NCBI GenBank assembly: GCA_043808095.1
Contig: JAZDFF010000015.1
Coordinates: forward strand, 2,015-66,014
Direction: 5' to 3'
Length of the DNA stretch: 64,000 nucleotides
From: Candidatus Omnitrophota bacterium
GTDB lineage: Bacteria > Omnitrophota > Gorgyraeia > JAZDFF01
The position numbers were made by a program, and so were the translations under genes. The notes below the pieces were generated by a model. It was given only the letters and a program-made list of their open reading frames with translations. It was not told the origin of the DNA and made no database searches. Shown here piece by piece: positions 10,233 to 19,957 of the stretch. Positions within the stretch are counted from its first letter, which is position 1, and each line of letters starts with the position of its first letter.

Positions 10233-10466
10233 GGATGAAATAACTGATCAAAATTTCTAATTCCTAATGCCGAATGCCTAATGAATGCTTAAATTCTTAA
10301 ATGAATAATTTCGCATTAGACATTTAGACATTAAAAAATTAATTAGAAATTAGCCTGCTTGCCCCGAGAAATTCGTAGAATTTCCGGGACTAAAGTCTTT
10401 AGGAATTTTACAAAGTAAAATTCCTAAGGTCCGTCAGGCAGGGATTTAGTAATTAGTCATTAAAAT

Positions 10467-11612
10467 ATGTCTAAGAAAATTATTATAGTGGCCGGTGAGG
10501 CCTCCGGGGATTTACACGCCAGCCTCCTGGTCAAATCCCTAAAAAGCGCTAGCAACGTCAATATGGAATTCTTTGGTCTGGGTGGGACTAAGATGCAGGA
10601 GGCAGGCGTCCATATCTATTACAACACCATCGACCTTGCGGTAGTAGGAATCTTTGAGGTCTTAAAAAATCTCGCTAAGTTCAAGGAGATCTTCCGGCAA
10701 CTGCTTTATAAGATCGATGAAATAAAACCTGACCTGGTTATCCTCGTGGACTACCCCGGATTTAACCTTCGCCTGGCCAAAGAGGTCAAAAAAAGAAATA
10801 TCCCTCTAATCTACTACATCTCTCCGCAGGTCTGGGCCTGGGGAAGGTCGCGCATAAAACAGATTAAAAAATATGTTGATAAGATGATCGTTATCCTGAG
10901 GTTTGAGGAGACCTTTTATCAGTCTTACGGGGTTGATGCCGTATTCGTCGGCCATCCGCTTCTAGATATTGTTAAAACTAATTTTAATAAAGATGAGTTA
11001 TTAAACTCACTTTTACTTGATAAAAAAAATACCACCATTTCTATGCTGCCCGGCTCAAGAGAAACAGAGGTAAGGACGCTGCTTCCGATAATGCTTGAGA
11101 CAGCCAGGCTTATCTCTAAAAAATTACCCGAAAGTCAATTTCTGATTTTAAAATCCGCCTCTTTAAAAGAAGGGTTGTTTCAGGCCATTATGGCAAGATA
11201 CCCCCAGATTAATACGAAGCTCATCAACAACCTGACCTATGAAGGGATAAATGCATCAAACCTGGCCATTGTCGCCTCGGGAACCGCCACACTTGAGACG
11301 GCAATACTGGAAAAACCTATGGTTATTGTCTATAAGGTAAATTTTTTAACCGGATTATACTTAAGGTGGGCAATTAAAATTCCCTACGTAGGATTAGTAA
11401 ATGTAATTATGGGAAGGAAATTTATCCCTGAATTTATCCAGTACCAGGCAAGGCCCGGTAAAATCGCCAGGGAAGTTTTATCCATTCTTGGGGATTCAGA
11501 AAGAATCGCGGCTTTAAAAAGGGAACTCCGTTTCTTAAAAAGCCAACTGGGTTCTTCAGGAGCTACCGAGCGCGCAGCCAAAGAAATATTAAAATTTCTC
11601 GCCAAAAATTAG
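10467..11612 (+). CDS. lpxB: Lipid-A-disaccharide synthase
   Basis: 381 aa. IIIVAGEASGDLHASLL N-terminus and overall GT19 architecture. Confidence 0.85.
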   Translation: MSKKIIIVAGEASGDLHASLLVKSLKSASNVNMEFFGLGGTKMQEAGVHIYYNTIDLAVVGIFEVLKNLAKFKEIFRQLLYKIDEIKPDLVILVDYPGFNLRLAKEVKKRNIPLIYYISPQVWAWGRSRIKQIKKYVDKMIVILRFEETFYQSYGVDAVFVGHPLLDIVKTNFNKDELLNSLLLDKKNTTISMLPGSRETEVRTLLPIMLETARLISKKLPESQFLILKSASLKEGLFQAIMARYPQINTKLINNLTYEGINASNLAIVASGTATLETAILEKPMVIVYKVNFLTGLYLRWAIKIPYVGLVNVIMGRKFIPEFIQYQARPGKIAREVLSILGDSERIAALKRELRFLKSQLGSSGATERAAKEILKFLAKN

Positions 11613-11616
11613 TCTC

Positions 11617-12771
11617 TTAAAATTTTCCGACAAACCTCTTCATCCTCTCCAAGGCCTCTTTAAGACTATCTAAACTTGAGGCATAAGAGATACGGATGTA
11701 GCCTTCTGCGCAGGCCCCGAATGCGACTCCGGGCACAACCGCAACACTCTCCTCTTTAAGAAGGCGTCTGGAAAACTCTAAAGAACTCAAGTTGGTGGAT
11801 TTCATAGAAGGGAATATATAAAAAGCACCTTGGGGCTTGGTGCACTTCAGGCCGATTTTATTTAAGCCCTGCCAGATGAATTCCCGGCGTCTCAGGTACT
11901 CCTTTTTCATTTCCTCGACGGATTTTCTTCCGCTGACCAGCGCCTCACATGCAGCCATCTGGCTGGTTATCGGAACGCACATTATGGTATATTGATGGAT
12001 CTTGGTCATTGCGCTAATTACGTCTGAGGACCCGCAGGCAAAACCAACGCGCCATCCGGTCATAGCATAACCTTTGGAAAAACCGTTAAGACAAATAGTG
12101 TTTTTCTTTGCGCCGGGTAAAACCGCAAAAGGCACATGTTCAAAATCGTAAGTAAGGTCCCCATAGATCTCATCAGAAATACAGAGTATTTTATTCTTAA
12201 GTAATATTTTATTAAGCTGGCCTAATTCTTTCCTAGTGTAAGAAACTCCTGTGGGATTTGTGGGATAATTTAAGATAATGGCCTTGGGCTTTGGGCCGAC
12301 AAATTTTTCCAATAGTCTTGGCGTAAGTTTAAAACCGGTCTTTGTGGTATCAATATAAACAGGTACGCCACCTGCGAGCTCTGTAAGCGGACCATAAGAA
12401 ACATAGCTTGGAACAGGAATCAGGATTTCATCGCCTGGATTAATTAGTGCCCTTAAAGCAAGGTCCAGACCTTCGCTTGCTCCTACGGTAATCAGGATAT
12501 CATCTTCCGGGCTATAATTAAGGCTGTATCTGTTTTTTAGATAACGACTGATGCTTAGCCTTAACTTATAAAGCCCTTTATTTGAGGTATAACTAGTGTA
12601 GCCCTGCTCCAGGGAATAAATCCCGGCCTCGCGGATCTGCCAGGGCGTGACAAAATCAGGCTCACCGACCCCCAGAGAGATAACATCCTTCATCCCCAGG
12701 ACCAAATCAAAGAATGCCCGGATACCCGAGGGTTGCATCTCTTGAACTTTTTTAGAAATAATCATTTTCAT
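11617..12771 (-). CDS. Pyridoxal-phosphate-dependent aminotransferase, class I/II (AspAT-like)
   Basis: 384 aa. Carries the SFSKGYAMTGWRVGF Schiff-base lysine motif of class I aminotransferases. Confidence 0.8.
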   Translation of the reverse strand: MKMIISKKVQEMQPSGIRAFFDLVLGMKDVISLGVGEPDFVTPWQIREAGIYSLEQGYTSYTSNKGLYKLRLSISRYLKNRYSLNYSPEDDILITVGASEGLDLALRALINPGDEILIPVPSYVSYGPLTELAGGVPVYIDTTKTGFKLTPRLLEKFVGPKPKAIILNYPTNPTGVSYTRKELGQLNKILLKNKILCISDEIYGDLTYDFEHVPFAVLPGAKKNTICLNGFSKGYAMTGWRVGFACGSSDVISAMTKIHQYTIMCVPITSQMAACEALVSGRKSVEEMKKEYLRRREFIWQGLNKIGLKCTKPQGAFYIFPSMKSTNLSSLEFSRRLLKEESVAVVPGVAFGACAEGYIRISYASSLDSLKEALERMKRFVGKF

Positions 12772-12901
12772 TTTTGTTACTATTGGTTACTATGGATTAC
12801 TAAATGCCGGCTTAAAAAAGTCTTGTTACTAAGGGTTACGTAACTTTTGGTAACAGCGAAGCGTAGTAACTTTCAGTAACCTTTAGTAACTTTTCTTAAA
12901 C

Positions 12902-13387
12902 TCAATACGATATTGCTATTCTTTTATTTTCTTCTTTTCTCTTTAGAATTACTCCGTCTTCTTTATATTTCTTTAATAAAAAGTGCGTCACGGTACCGCG
13001 TACATTTTCCATGGGCGAAAGTTTCTCGGCTACAAAACTAGCTACGGTGTGAATATCACGACCCTCAACCACTAAAAGCAGATCATAGGTCCCTGAGAGG
13101 AGATAACAACTGGTTACCTCAGGAAACTGATAAATACGCTCTGCCAAATGGTCGAACCCTAAGTCTTTCTGAGGCACGACATTTACCTCAATAAGCGCTC
13201 TAACGCCAGAATCGCGATCGCGCATCAATTCTTTATTGATTACGGTCTTATACTTTAAAATGACCCCGTCCTTCTCGTATTTCTTTATCGCCTCTCTTAC
13301 CTTATTTGTTTTTTTCTTGGTGAGTCCGGCAATCTCTTCGGGGCTAATACGCGCATCGTTTTCTAATAATTCTAATATCTTGTCCAT
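12902..13387 (-). CDS. Lrp/AsnC-family transcriptional regulator
   Basis: MDKILELLENDARISPEEIAGLTKK... is a HTH-AsnC N-terminus followed by a RAM domain. The ORF-track 25-codon hydrophobic extension was trimmed. Confidence 0.7.
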   Translation of the reverse strand: MDKILELLENDARISPEEIAGLTKKKTNKVREAIKKYEKDGVILKYKTVINKELMRDRDSGVRALIEVNVVPQKDLGFDHLAERIYQFPEVTSCYLLSGTYDLLLVVEGRDIHTVASFVAEKLSPMENVRGTVTHFLLKKYKEDGVILKRKEENKRIAISY

Positions 13388-13501
13388 CTTTCCCTCCCTT
13401 GCAACCGCAAAAAAAAAACGCAAAATAATCCCTAAAATAAGCGCTCTTTGCAAATAACGCAAAATTTTTGCGGATTTTGCGGAAAATTATTCATTTATAA
13501 C

Positions 13502-13924
13502 TTAAAGATTATTTACAATTCTTTTTATATCCAGTCTTTTCTTAGCAAAATTTAATATCAGCCCTAGCCTCTTATTTGTTGTTTTAAGATAAGATATCAT
13601 TTGCGCCTCATGTATTTCATTTATTTCCGATACAGATTTTAACTCTATCATAACTTCATTTTCTATCATAAAATCTATACGTTGATACCCCAATTCTAAG
13701 TTTTTATAATGAACTCCTATATTTGCTTCTTCTACAAAATTAATCCCATTCTTTTTTAATTCATAGACAAGGGCTTTCTGATATATCTTCTCTACAAAAC
13801 CCGGGCCTAGATTCTTATGGACTTCAATTGTCAAACCAATTATCTTTTTACTGAGAGTATTGATTTCATCCTCAGTCATCCTGGTCATCTTTGCGATCTT
13901 TGCGGTTGCAATCTTTTTATACAT
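13502..13924 (-). CDS. GxxExxY family protein (PD-(D/E)XK-like)
   Basis: 140 aa. Signature LGPGFVEKIYQKAL (G-x-x-E-x-x-Y). A paralog lies at 61028..61402. Confidence 0.7.
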   Translation of the reverse strand: MYKKIATAKIAKMTRMTEDEINTLSKKIIGLTIEVHKNLGPGFVEKIYQKALVYELKKNGINFVEEANIGVHYKNLELGYQRIDFMIENEVMIELKSVSEINEIHEAQMISYLKTTNKRLGLILNFAKKRLDIKRIVNNL

Positions 13925-14636
13925 AACATATTCCCGGCCCCTGCCTTTTGTGCTCGGAGCCTTTAATAATCCTATTTACTTTACTTACCTTTTCTCTTGA
14001 AATAACCTGTTTCTTTTTATTTTCTAGCCGACTTAGGATATCATCCAATTCACTATAACTTATCCCCATCTCTGCCTCATCAGTCTGGCCAGGCCAAAGC
14101 CCGGCTGTAGGAAGTCTGTCGATAATGCGTCTGGGTATCCCCAATTCCCTGGCTAAATTAACCACCTGGCCTTTTAACAAATCTCCTAATGGTATAATAT
14201 CCGAGGCCCCGTCTCCGTGTTTAGTAAAATAACCTGTCATAAGTTCAACCTTATTGCTCGTTCCGCAGACAAGATAATTCATCTTATTAGCGAAATAATA
14301 TAAGACTAACATGCGTAGCCGTGGCTTGAGATTGCTCTTGGCTAGTTTATTTGCCGACGGCAAAACTCGAATCAGGGCATCATAAATCTTTGATACGTTG
14401 ACTTCCTTTGTCTTTATCCTGATTTTTTTCGCCAGAAACCTTGCATCATCCAGGTCTTGCCTTTGGCTATGACAGGGCAGAATCAATCCCAGGACTTTAG
14501 TACCTGCAGCAAGTTTGCATAAAAAGGCACTAACGCTTGAATCCAGGCCTCCGCTTAAGCCCACAACAAAGCCATTTCTACCTGAATCTTTTAACTGTTT
14601 TCTTAGCCAATTAATGATTTTCTTTTTTATAACCAT
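13917..14636 (-). CDS. nadE: NH3-dependent NAD+ synthetase
   Basis: 239 aa. Has the PP-loop FVVGLSGGLDSSV. Confidence 0.85.
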   Translation of the reverse strand: MVIKKKIINWLRKQLKDSGRNGFVVGLSGGLDSSVSAFLCKLAAGTKVLGLILPCHSQRQDLDDARFLAKKIRIKTKEVNVSKIYDALIRVLPSANKLAKSNLKPRLRMLVLYYFANKMNYLVCGTSNKVELMTGYFTKHGDGASDIIPLGDLLKGQVVNLARELGIPRRIIDRLPTAGLWPGQTDEAEMGISYSELDDILSRLENKKKQVISREKVSKVNRIIKGSEHKRQGPGICYV

Positions 14637-14646
14637 ATATAAATAA

Positions 14647-14678
14647 TGATGCCCGTCTTATTAAACGGGCATCTTCGC
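14647..14678 (-). terminator. Possible hairpin terminator (gatgcccgtttaataagacgggcatc) after the small ORF at 14803..14985
   Basis: 8-bp GC-containing inverted repeat followed by an A/T-rich tract on the minus strand. The U-tract is not clean. Confidence 0.3.
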
Positions 14679-14802
14679 CCCACTTGAAAGCCTATTCATA
14701 AGGGGCGCATCTATTTACGTTGCTGCCTGACGGTGAGACAGGCATATATTCTTTTATTCTTATGTATTTAAAATATGAAATAATCTAAACCAGGATAGAC
14801 TG

Positions 14803-14985
14803 CTATTTCTTCTTCTGTCCTTCTAATAGCATCATAGTTATGCCCAACAGGAGAAAGGTATTGGTCAGAATTAAAAGCGATTGCGACGCTACCCCATAGA
14901 CCGGATTCATAGTCACGCGAGAAATCGCTGCCACTAGAAGTAAAATCATCGCTGCTACTACAAATAGATTAGAAATTCCTTTCAT
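14803..14985 (-). CDS. Small hydrophobic (2-TM) protein, hypothetical
   Basis: 60 aa, two predicted TM helices and a lysine tail. No recognisable family. Confidence 0.3.
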   Translation of the reverse strand: MKGISNLFVVAAMILLLVAAISRVTMNPVYGVASQSLLILTNTFLLLGITMMLLEGQKKK

Positions 14986-15194
14986 ATCTAATCCTCCTTT
15001 CCTTTATAAATAGGGCTTCACAAAAATCGTTCAGCCCTTGATTACAGAGATTAAGAATAGATTCCAAAGATTAGTATTCGAAGATAAATCGCTGTAATCT
15101 TTTTTAAAATCACTGGAATCATAGGCTGGAACGACTTTCATGACAGCCTATTATAAACCTACTTTAGTTATTATATAAATATATATAGCCTGTG

Positions 15195-17024
15195 TCAATT
15201 GTTTTCTTTATGGACCTTATCCTCATTTGAGGCGGTATTTAGCCTGGCCCCAGAAGCAGCGGTCGCAGATTCTATATAAAGATTGGGGTAGTCAAAAAGA
15301 TCAACTGGGCGGCCTTTTTCCAATTTACTTCCAGAAGGGCTATAAAGGATATTTAAAAAGCGCGGAAAACCGCTTTCAACATCAACTACTTCAGCAATCT
15401 CCTGGTTATTGAGCTTGACCAGACTTCCTATAGGATAAACAGAAATTTTTTCCACTAAGGCCTTTACTATATTGGGATCAAATAATCTAACTGTCTCATT
15501 TTTAATCACCTTCATTGCCTCATAAGGGCTAACCGCTTCTTTCCAAGGCCGAAGATGGGTCATCTCCTCAAAGGCGTCGCACACAGAAACAATTTTTACC
15601 GAATCCTGTAATTGGTCTGCCTTAAGCCCTTCTGGATAACCGCTGCCGTCCAGGCGCTCATGATGGGAAAAAGCAATACTCCTTACTATTTCAGGAAGAA
15701 ATTTTGCCTGCTCCAAAATTTGCTTTGAATAAACGGGATGCTTCTTAAGTTCTTCATGTTCGTGCTGGAGTAATATAGCGGACTTTAAAATAATGCCTTT
15801 AAATCTAACAAACCCGATATCATGCAGGAACGTACCCCTTCCTAAATCAGTGAGTTCCTGAAGATCAAACCCCAGCTTTATTCCAACTATAAGGGAAAGT
15901 ATAGTCACATTTAATATATGGCAATATAAATACGCCTGTTCGTTATCCTTGTTGGCCAATTTTATTAAATTGCGATCGTCTTTTTTTAGCGCCTCGATTA
16001 ATTGCTCGATAAAAAGATCAACGGCCTTATAATCCAATAACTCATCTTTTTCTGCGCGATTAAATATGTTTTCTGCCAAAACAAGGCCATTGTGATAAAA
16101 CTGCTCAGCCTCCTTTTCATTTCCTTGCGCCTTAAGAGGTTGTTTTGCTATCTCCTCCTGCCTGGGGGTAGATATCTTTTTATCTTGGCCGTGCCTGGTA
16201 ATTTCAACGCCTAAAGTCGAGGTCTGGGCCTGGATAATGCCAACATCGATTATCGTGGCTTTGTGAGTGAATCCTGTCAGGAGGCTTAACTCACAAATAC
16301 GATTTATGCGCCGAGGAATCCCGCCGCTAGATTCATAAATAACAGAGACAGCCTCGGGTGTAAAAATAGGCTCTTTTCTTCCAGCAACAGCCAAGCGGTG
16401 ATCAATGTAATTTTTTGTCTCATCATAATTTAAGGCATCGAGATGGCTTTTTACGGCAATCCTCTGTTCAAATTGTTTTATGCCATCGATCTTTTGTCTT
16501 AAATCGGATTGACCAACCAATATCAACGTTAGCAGGAATTTATCCATAAGTTGAAAATTTAAAAGCATGCGTAACTGTTCAAAAATCTTAGGATCATCTA
16601 TGATATGGGCCTCATCAATAATTACAATGGTATTTTTACCATCATCATGGTTGTTGTATAAAATATTCTTGATGCTCTCAAGGGCCAGGGATTCCGCAAA
16701 AGAGGATGCCCCGGACTTATGAATCAGGTCTTTATCGCCAAGGCTCATTCCAATATTAACTAAATTTTCTGCAGAGGTTGAGCGGGGATGGGTAATAAAG
16801 GCAACCCTGAATTTCTCGGGGTTCAATTCCTTTAAAAGGGCATTGGCAATAACCGTCTTACCGCAACCAAATATCCCGGTAAGCATGGCCGCGCCCAACA
16901 TCTCCTGCGCGCAATAGGTCAATTTTAATAAGGCATCCTTGTGCTGGGGAGAGTAATAAAGAAACTTGGGATCCGGGCTGTTACGGAAAGGTTTCTCGGT
17001 TAGGCCCCAATATGCTTCATACAT
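15195..17024 (-). CDS. ExeA/GspA-like AAA ATPase (PEP-CTERM/EPS-locus type) fused to a C-terminal HD-GYP c-di-GMP phosphodiesterase domain
   Basis: 609 aa. The N-terminus MYEAYWGLTEKPF...GIFGCGKTV (Walker A) matches the three shorter paralogs in the window. The C-terminus carries FLHDIGF ... HHERLDGSGYPEGL ... VCDAFEEMTHLRPWK, i.e. the HD and GYP motifs. Confidence 0.8.
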   Translation of the reverse strand: MYEAYWGLTEKPFRNSPDPKFLYYSPQHKDALLKLTYCAQEMLGAAMLTGIFGCGKTVIANALLKELNPEKFRVAFITHPRSTSAENLVNIGMSLGDKDLIHKSGASSFAESLALESIKNILYNNHDDGKNTIVIIDEAHIIDDPKIFEQLRMLLNFQLMDKFLLTLILVGQSDLRQKIDGIKQFEQRIAVKSHLDALNYDETKNYIDHRLAVAGRKEPIFTPEAVSVIYESSGGIPRRINRICELSLLTGFTHKATIIDVGIIQAQTSTLGVEITRHGQDKKISTPRQEEIAKQPLKAQGNEKEAEQFYHNGLVLAENIFNRAEKDELLDYKAVDLFIEQLIEALKKDDRNLIKLANKDNEQAYLYCHILNVTILSLIVGIKLGFDLQELTDLGRGTFLHDIGFVRFKGIILKSAILLQHEHEELKKHPVYSKQILEQAKFLPEIVRSIAFSHHERLDGSGYPEGLKADQLQDSVKIVSVCDAFEEMTHLRPWKEAVSPYEAMKVIKNETVRLFDPNIVKALVEKISVYPIGSLVKLNNQEIAEVVDVESGFPRFLNILYSPSGSKLEKGRPVDLFDYPNLYIESATAASGARLNTASNEDKVHKENN

Positions 17025-17240
17025 TTGTAAATTCCTTTATCCAACTAATTTTTAGTATCGGATGCATACGGATTTTAGCGCCTGCCTGCCGGCAGGCAGG
17101 GATTCGGGCGGATAAATTCTTATCCGCGACATCCGTAACCATCCGTTTGAATCCGTGATAAAACATTTGAGTTATTAACTGGTCTGATGTATTTTCATAA
17201 GGTTGTTCGGTTAACCCCCAATATGCTTCATACATATTTA
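17025..17240. repeat. ~215-bp leader repeat (copy A): RBS + palindrome cctgcctgccggcaggcagg (17081..17100) + duplicated first ~20 codons of the ATPase gene (MYEAYWGLTEQPYENTSDQ)
   Basis: Near-identical to 19958..20172. The fragment ATG sits 2 nt after the Wzc stop codon. Confidence 0.7.
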
Positions 17241-19133
17241 TTTTTTGCCCTCTTTTTCTTTGCCATAATAGCGGTATTGATAATAGTAATAATGAGAATG
17301 GACCATCTCGGACTGCGGAGTAATACAATTTAAGACAACGCCTTTAACCTGGGCACCGGTAGATTCTAATTGTACCTTTGACCTTAGTAATGCACTCCTT
17401 GGAGTCCTGCCCACATGATAAACCAATATCACCATATCCGCCTTTTGCCCGATAATGGATGCATCAGTAACCGATAGAACAGGAGGAGAATCAAATAAGA
17501 TAATATCATAATTTGTCTTTAGTTCTTCAATTAAGTTATTCATTTGATTTGAGCTCAATAAAGTCGGCGGATGACCGTGTAATTGACCGGCTGTTAAGAT
17601 ATGTAATTTATTCAGGCCAGGAACTTTTAACGCCTTATCCCATTCCACAGAGCCCATAAGGATATCGGTAAAATTATTTACAGACTCGTTAAATTTTGCC
17701 TTTCCGCTTAAGATGTCGGTTAGGCCGGATCCGACTTTTAAACCAAAAAGATTATGTAAAATAGGCCGTCTTAAATCAGCATCTATGAGGATCACCCTCT
17801 TGCCTCTTTGGGCGATAGCCATGGCAAGATTAGCGACAGTCAGAGATTTTCCTTCTCGCGGAGCTGTCGAGGTAATAAGTATTGATTTTGCATTTTCTTT
17901 ATTTTGAAAAGTTGACCAGACATTAGTCTCTAAAATATTGTAGGCCTCGGCAAGGGTAGATTCTCTCGAAGTATTCATTAGCAATTTGTCCTTCATCTCT
18001 TTAACCTCTTGCGAATAGCTGATACGGCCATGGGGCCAAAACATTACCCGCGGCCTCTTAATATGCTCCAAAAAGGGGATTATTCCCAGTACAGGCAATT
18101 TTATAATATTTTCCACGTCCTCAATAGTGCCGATAGAGGTATCCAAGTTCTCAACTACGAAGGCAAGGATAAAACCAAGCATTAATCCCATTAACGAGCC
18201 TGCAGTAAGATTCAGGCGTTTGTTTGGACTGATAGGATGCTTGGGTTCAGTGGCCTGGCTTACCAGCGTAACATCTGAAGCCTTTTCTGCCTCAGCAATT
18301 CTGGCAGCTTCAAACTTTTCTCGCAGCATCCGGTAGGTCTGCTCACTTATCTGGGCATCTCGCTTCAGGCGGGCATATTCCAGTTCACTGGCGGGAAGAG
18401 TCTTGGTCTGTTCTTCTAACTGGCTAATCTCTTCTTTCAGGCGAATTATCTGAGGATGTTTCTCAGTAGCTTTGGTAATGAGTTCGCTAATCTGGCCTTT
18501 TAATTCGGCAATTCTTTTTTCAAGTTCGACGGCCACTCCTGTAACAGCCTCTTTTTCTTTAAAGACCTTTAACCTTTCTTCTGCCTGATTTAATTCCTTC
18601 TCTACTGCGGCGAGTCTTTCTTGAATGAACTGACGGGTTTCGCTTAACTCTTTGCGTTTTTGGTTTAAATTTTCCTCCATATAGACCTGGATAGTCATAT
18701 TGGCAATACGGGTTATCAGGCGAGGGTCGCTGCCCGTTACAGATATCCGGATAATATTGGTGTCTTTCATCTTATCGGCAGAAACACTCCTCTGAATATC
18801 TCCAATAATTGTCTCTTTATCCTTATCAGGCGTCTTTTCGCCAATCAAGCCGAGTTTTTTAGCCACATCTTCAGCCATCTTACGGCCTTCAATAACCTTT
18901 ATTTCAGTGTCTAAGGGGTCACCCCGTGTCCAGGAAACCCTTTCTAAAATAGTGCTAATAACTGTCTTTCGTTGCTCATACCTTACAGCTGCGGAAGTCT
19001 GAAATACAGTTGGCTGCGTCTTCGTATAAAACGCCGCTAATAAAAACGAGATAAGAAAAGCAGAGATAATAACGACCTTTCTTTTACGCAATATCCTTAG
19101 ATAATCCTGAAAATTTAATTCGTATTGGGGCAT
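17238..19133 (-). CDS. Polysaccharide co-polymerase / BY-kinase (Wzc-like chain-length determinant with C-terminal tyrosine autokinase)
   Basis: 631 aa. N-terminal Wzz domain with a coiled coil, P-loop ITSTAPREGKSLTVANLA, a DxD motif and a C-terminal tyrosine cluster HSHYYYYQYRYYG. Confidence 0.8.
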   Translation of the reverse strand: MPQYELNFQDYLRILRKRKVVIISAFLISFLLAAFYTKTQPTVFQTSAAVRYEQRKTVISTILERVSWTRGDPLDTEIKVIEGRKMAEDVAKKLGLIGEKTPDKDKETIIGDIQRSVSADKMKDTNIIRISVTGSDPRLITRIANMTIQVYMEENLNQKRKELSETRQFIQERLAAVEKELNQAEERLKVFKEKEAVTGVAVELEKRIAELKGQISELITKATEKHPQIIRLKEEISQLEEQTKTLPASELEYARLKRDAQISEQTYRMLREKFEAARIAEAEKASDVTLVSQATEPKHPISPNKRLNLTAGSLMGLMLGFILAFVVENLDTSIGTIEDVENIIKLPVLGIIPFLEHIKRPRVMFWPHGRISYSQEVKEMKDKLLMNTSRESTLAEAYNILETNVWSTFQNKENAKSILITSTAPREGKSLTVANLAMAIAQRGKRVILIDADLRRPILHNLFGLKVGSGLTDILSGKAKFNESVNNFTDILMGSVEWDKALKVPGLNKLHILTAGQLHGHPPTLLSSNQMNNLIEELKTNYDIILFDSPPVLSVTDASIIGQKADMVILVYHVGRTPRSALLRSKVQLESTGAQVKGVVLNCITPQSEMVHSHYYYYQYRYYGKEKEGKK

Positions 19134-19141
19134 ATCTTATC

Positions 19142-19957
19142 TTAGGCCTCTAAATCTGCAGCTGCCTCTTCAATAATAGGAGAATCGATTAGCGCCAGCT
19201 TCCTGCCAAATCCAGTAAGTAAAGCTAAATCACAGATATTGTTTATCCTGCGAGGTATTCCGCCTGATTTTTCATATATTGTATTAAGCGCTGAATCATT
19301 AAATAAAGGGGCGTGTCTTCCGGTAATCAATATACGGTGTAATATGTATTTGACTGTATCTTCGCGATTCAACTTATCTAAATAACAACGGATAGCGATC
19401 CTCTGGGCTAAGGGCTTATTGGCCTCAACAATCTCTTTTAATTCCGGTTGACCCAAAAGTAAAAGGGTAAGCAAAAACTTATCCTCCAGCTGGAAATTTA
19501 AAAGTAATCTCAGCGCTTCCCATACTTGTTCGTCACGGATAATATGCGCTTCATCAACAATAACTACCGTCCGCCTGCCGTCCTTGGCGTTATTGACCAA
19601 TATATTATTTAATGTATCTACTACTACGTTCGCCAGGACTTCAGTCTTTTTTGTAGGCAGGTCCTTTGCCCCAAGACCAGCAGCTATAGCCATCAGAAGT
19701 TCTATATAATCAAATTGGGGGTTAGCCACAAATGCAATCCTGTATACGTCCCTGCCCAGTTCTTTTAATAAGGTCCTGCCTAAAAGGGTCTTGCCGCAAC
19801 CAAAAACCCCGGTCATAATCGCCGACCCCTTTTGTTCTCTTACCGCATAAAGTAAACGCGATAGCCCTTCTTCATGTTGCTGCGAATGATACAAGAACCT
19901 GGGATCAGGCGTATTCTCAAAAGGTTTTTCTGTTAATCCCCAATACGATTCGTACAT
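19142..19957 (-). CDS. ExeA/GspA-like AAA ATPase (EPS-locus secretion ATPase family)
   Basis: 271 aa. MYESYWGLTEKPF... Walker A GVFGCGKT and Walker B VVIVDEAH. Confidence 0.75.
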   Translation of the reverse strand: MYESYWGLTEKPFENTPDPRFLYHSQQHEEGLSRLLYAVREQKGSAIMTGVFGCGKTLLGRTLLKELGRDVYRIAFVANPQFDYIELLMAIAAGLGAKDLPTKKTEVLANVVVDTLNNILVNNAKDGRRTVVIVDEAHIIRDEQVWEALRLLLNFQLEDKFLLTLLLLGQPELKEIVEANKPLAQRIAIRCYLDKLNREDTVKYILHRILITGRHAPLFNDSALNTIYEKSGGIPRRINNICDLALLTGFGRKLALIDSPIIEEAAADLEA

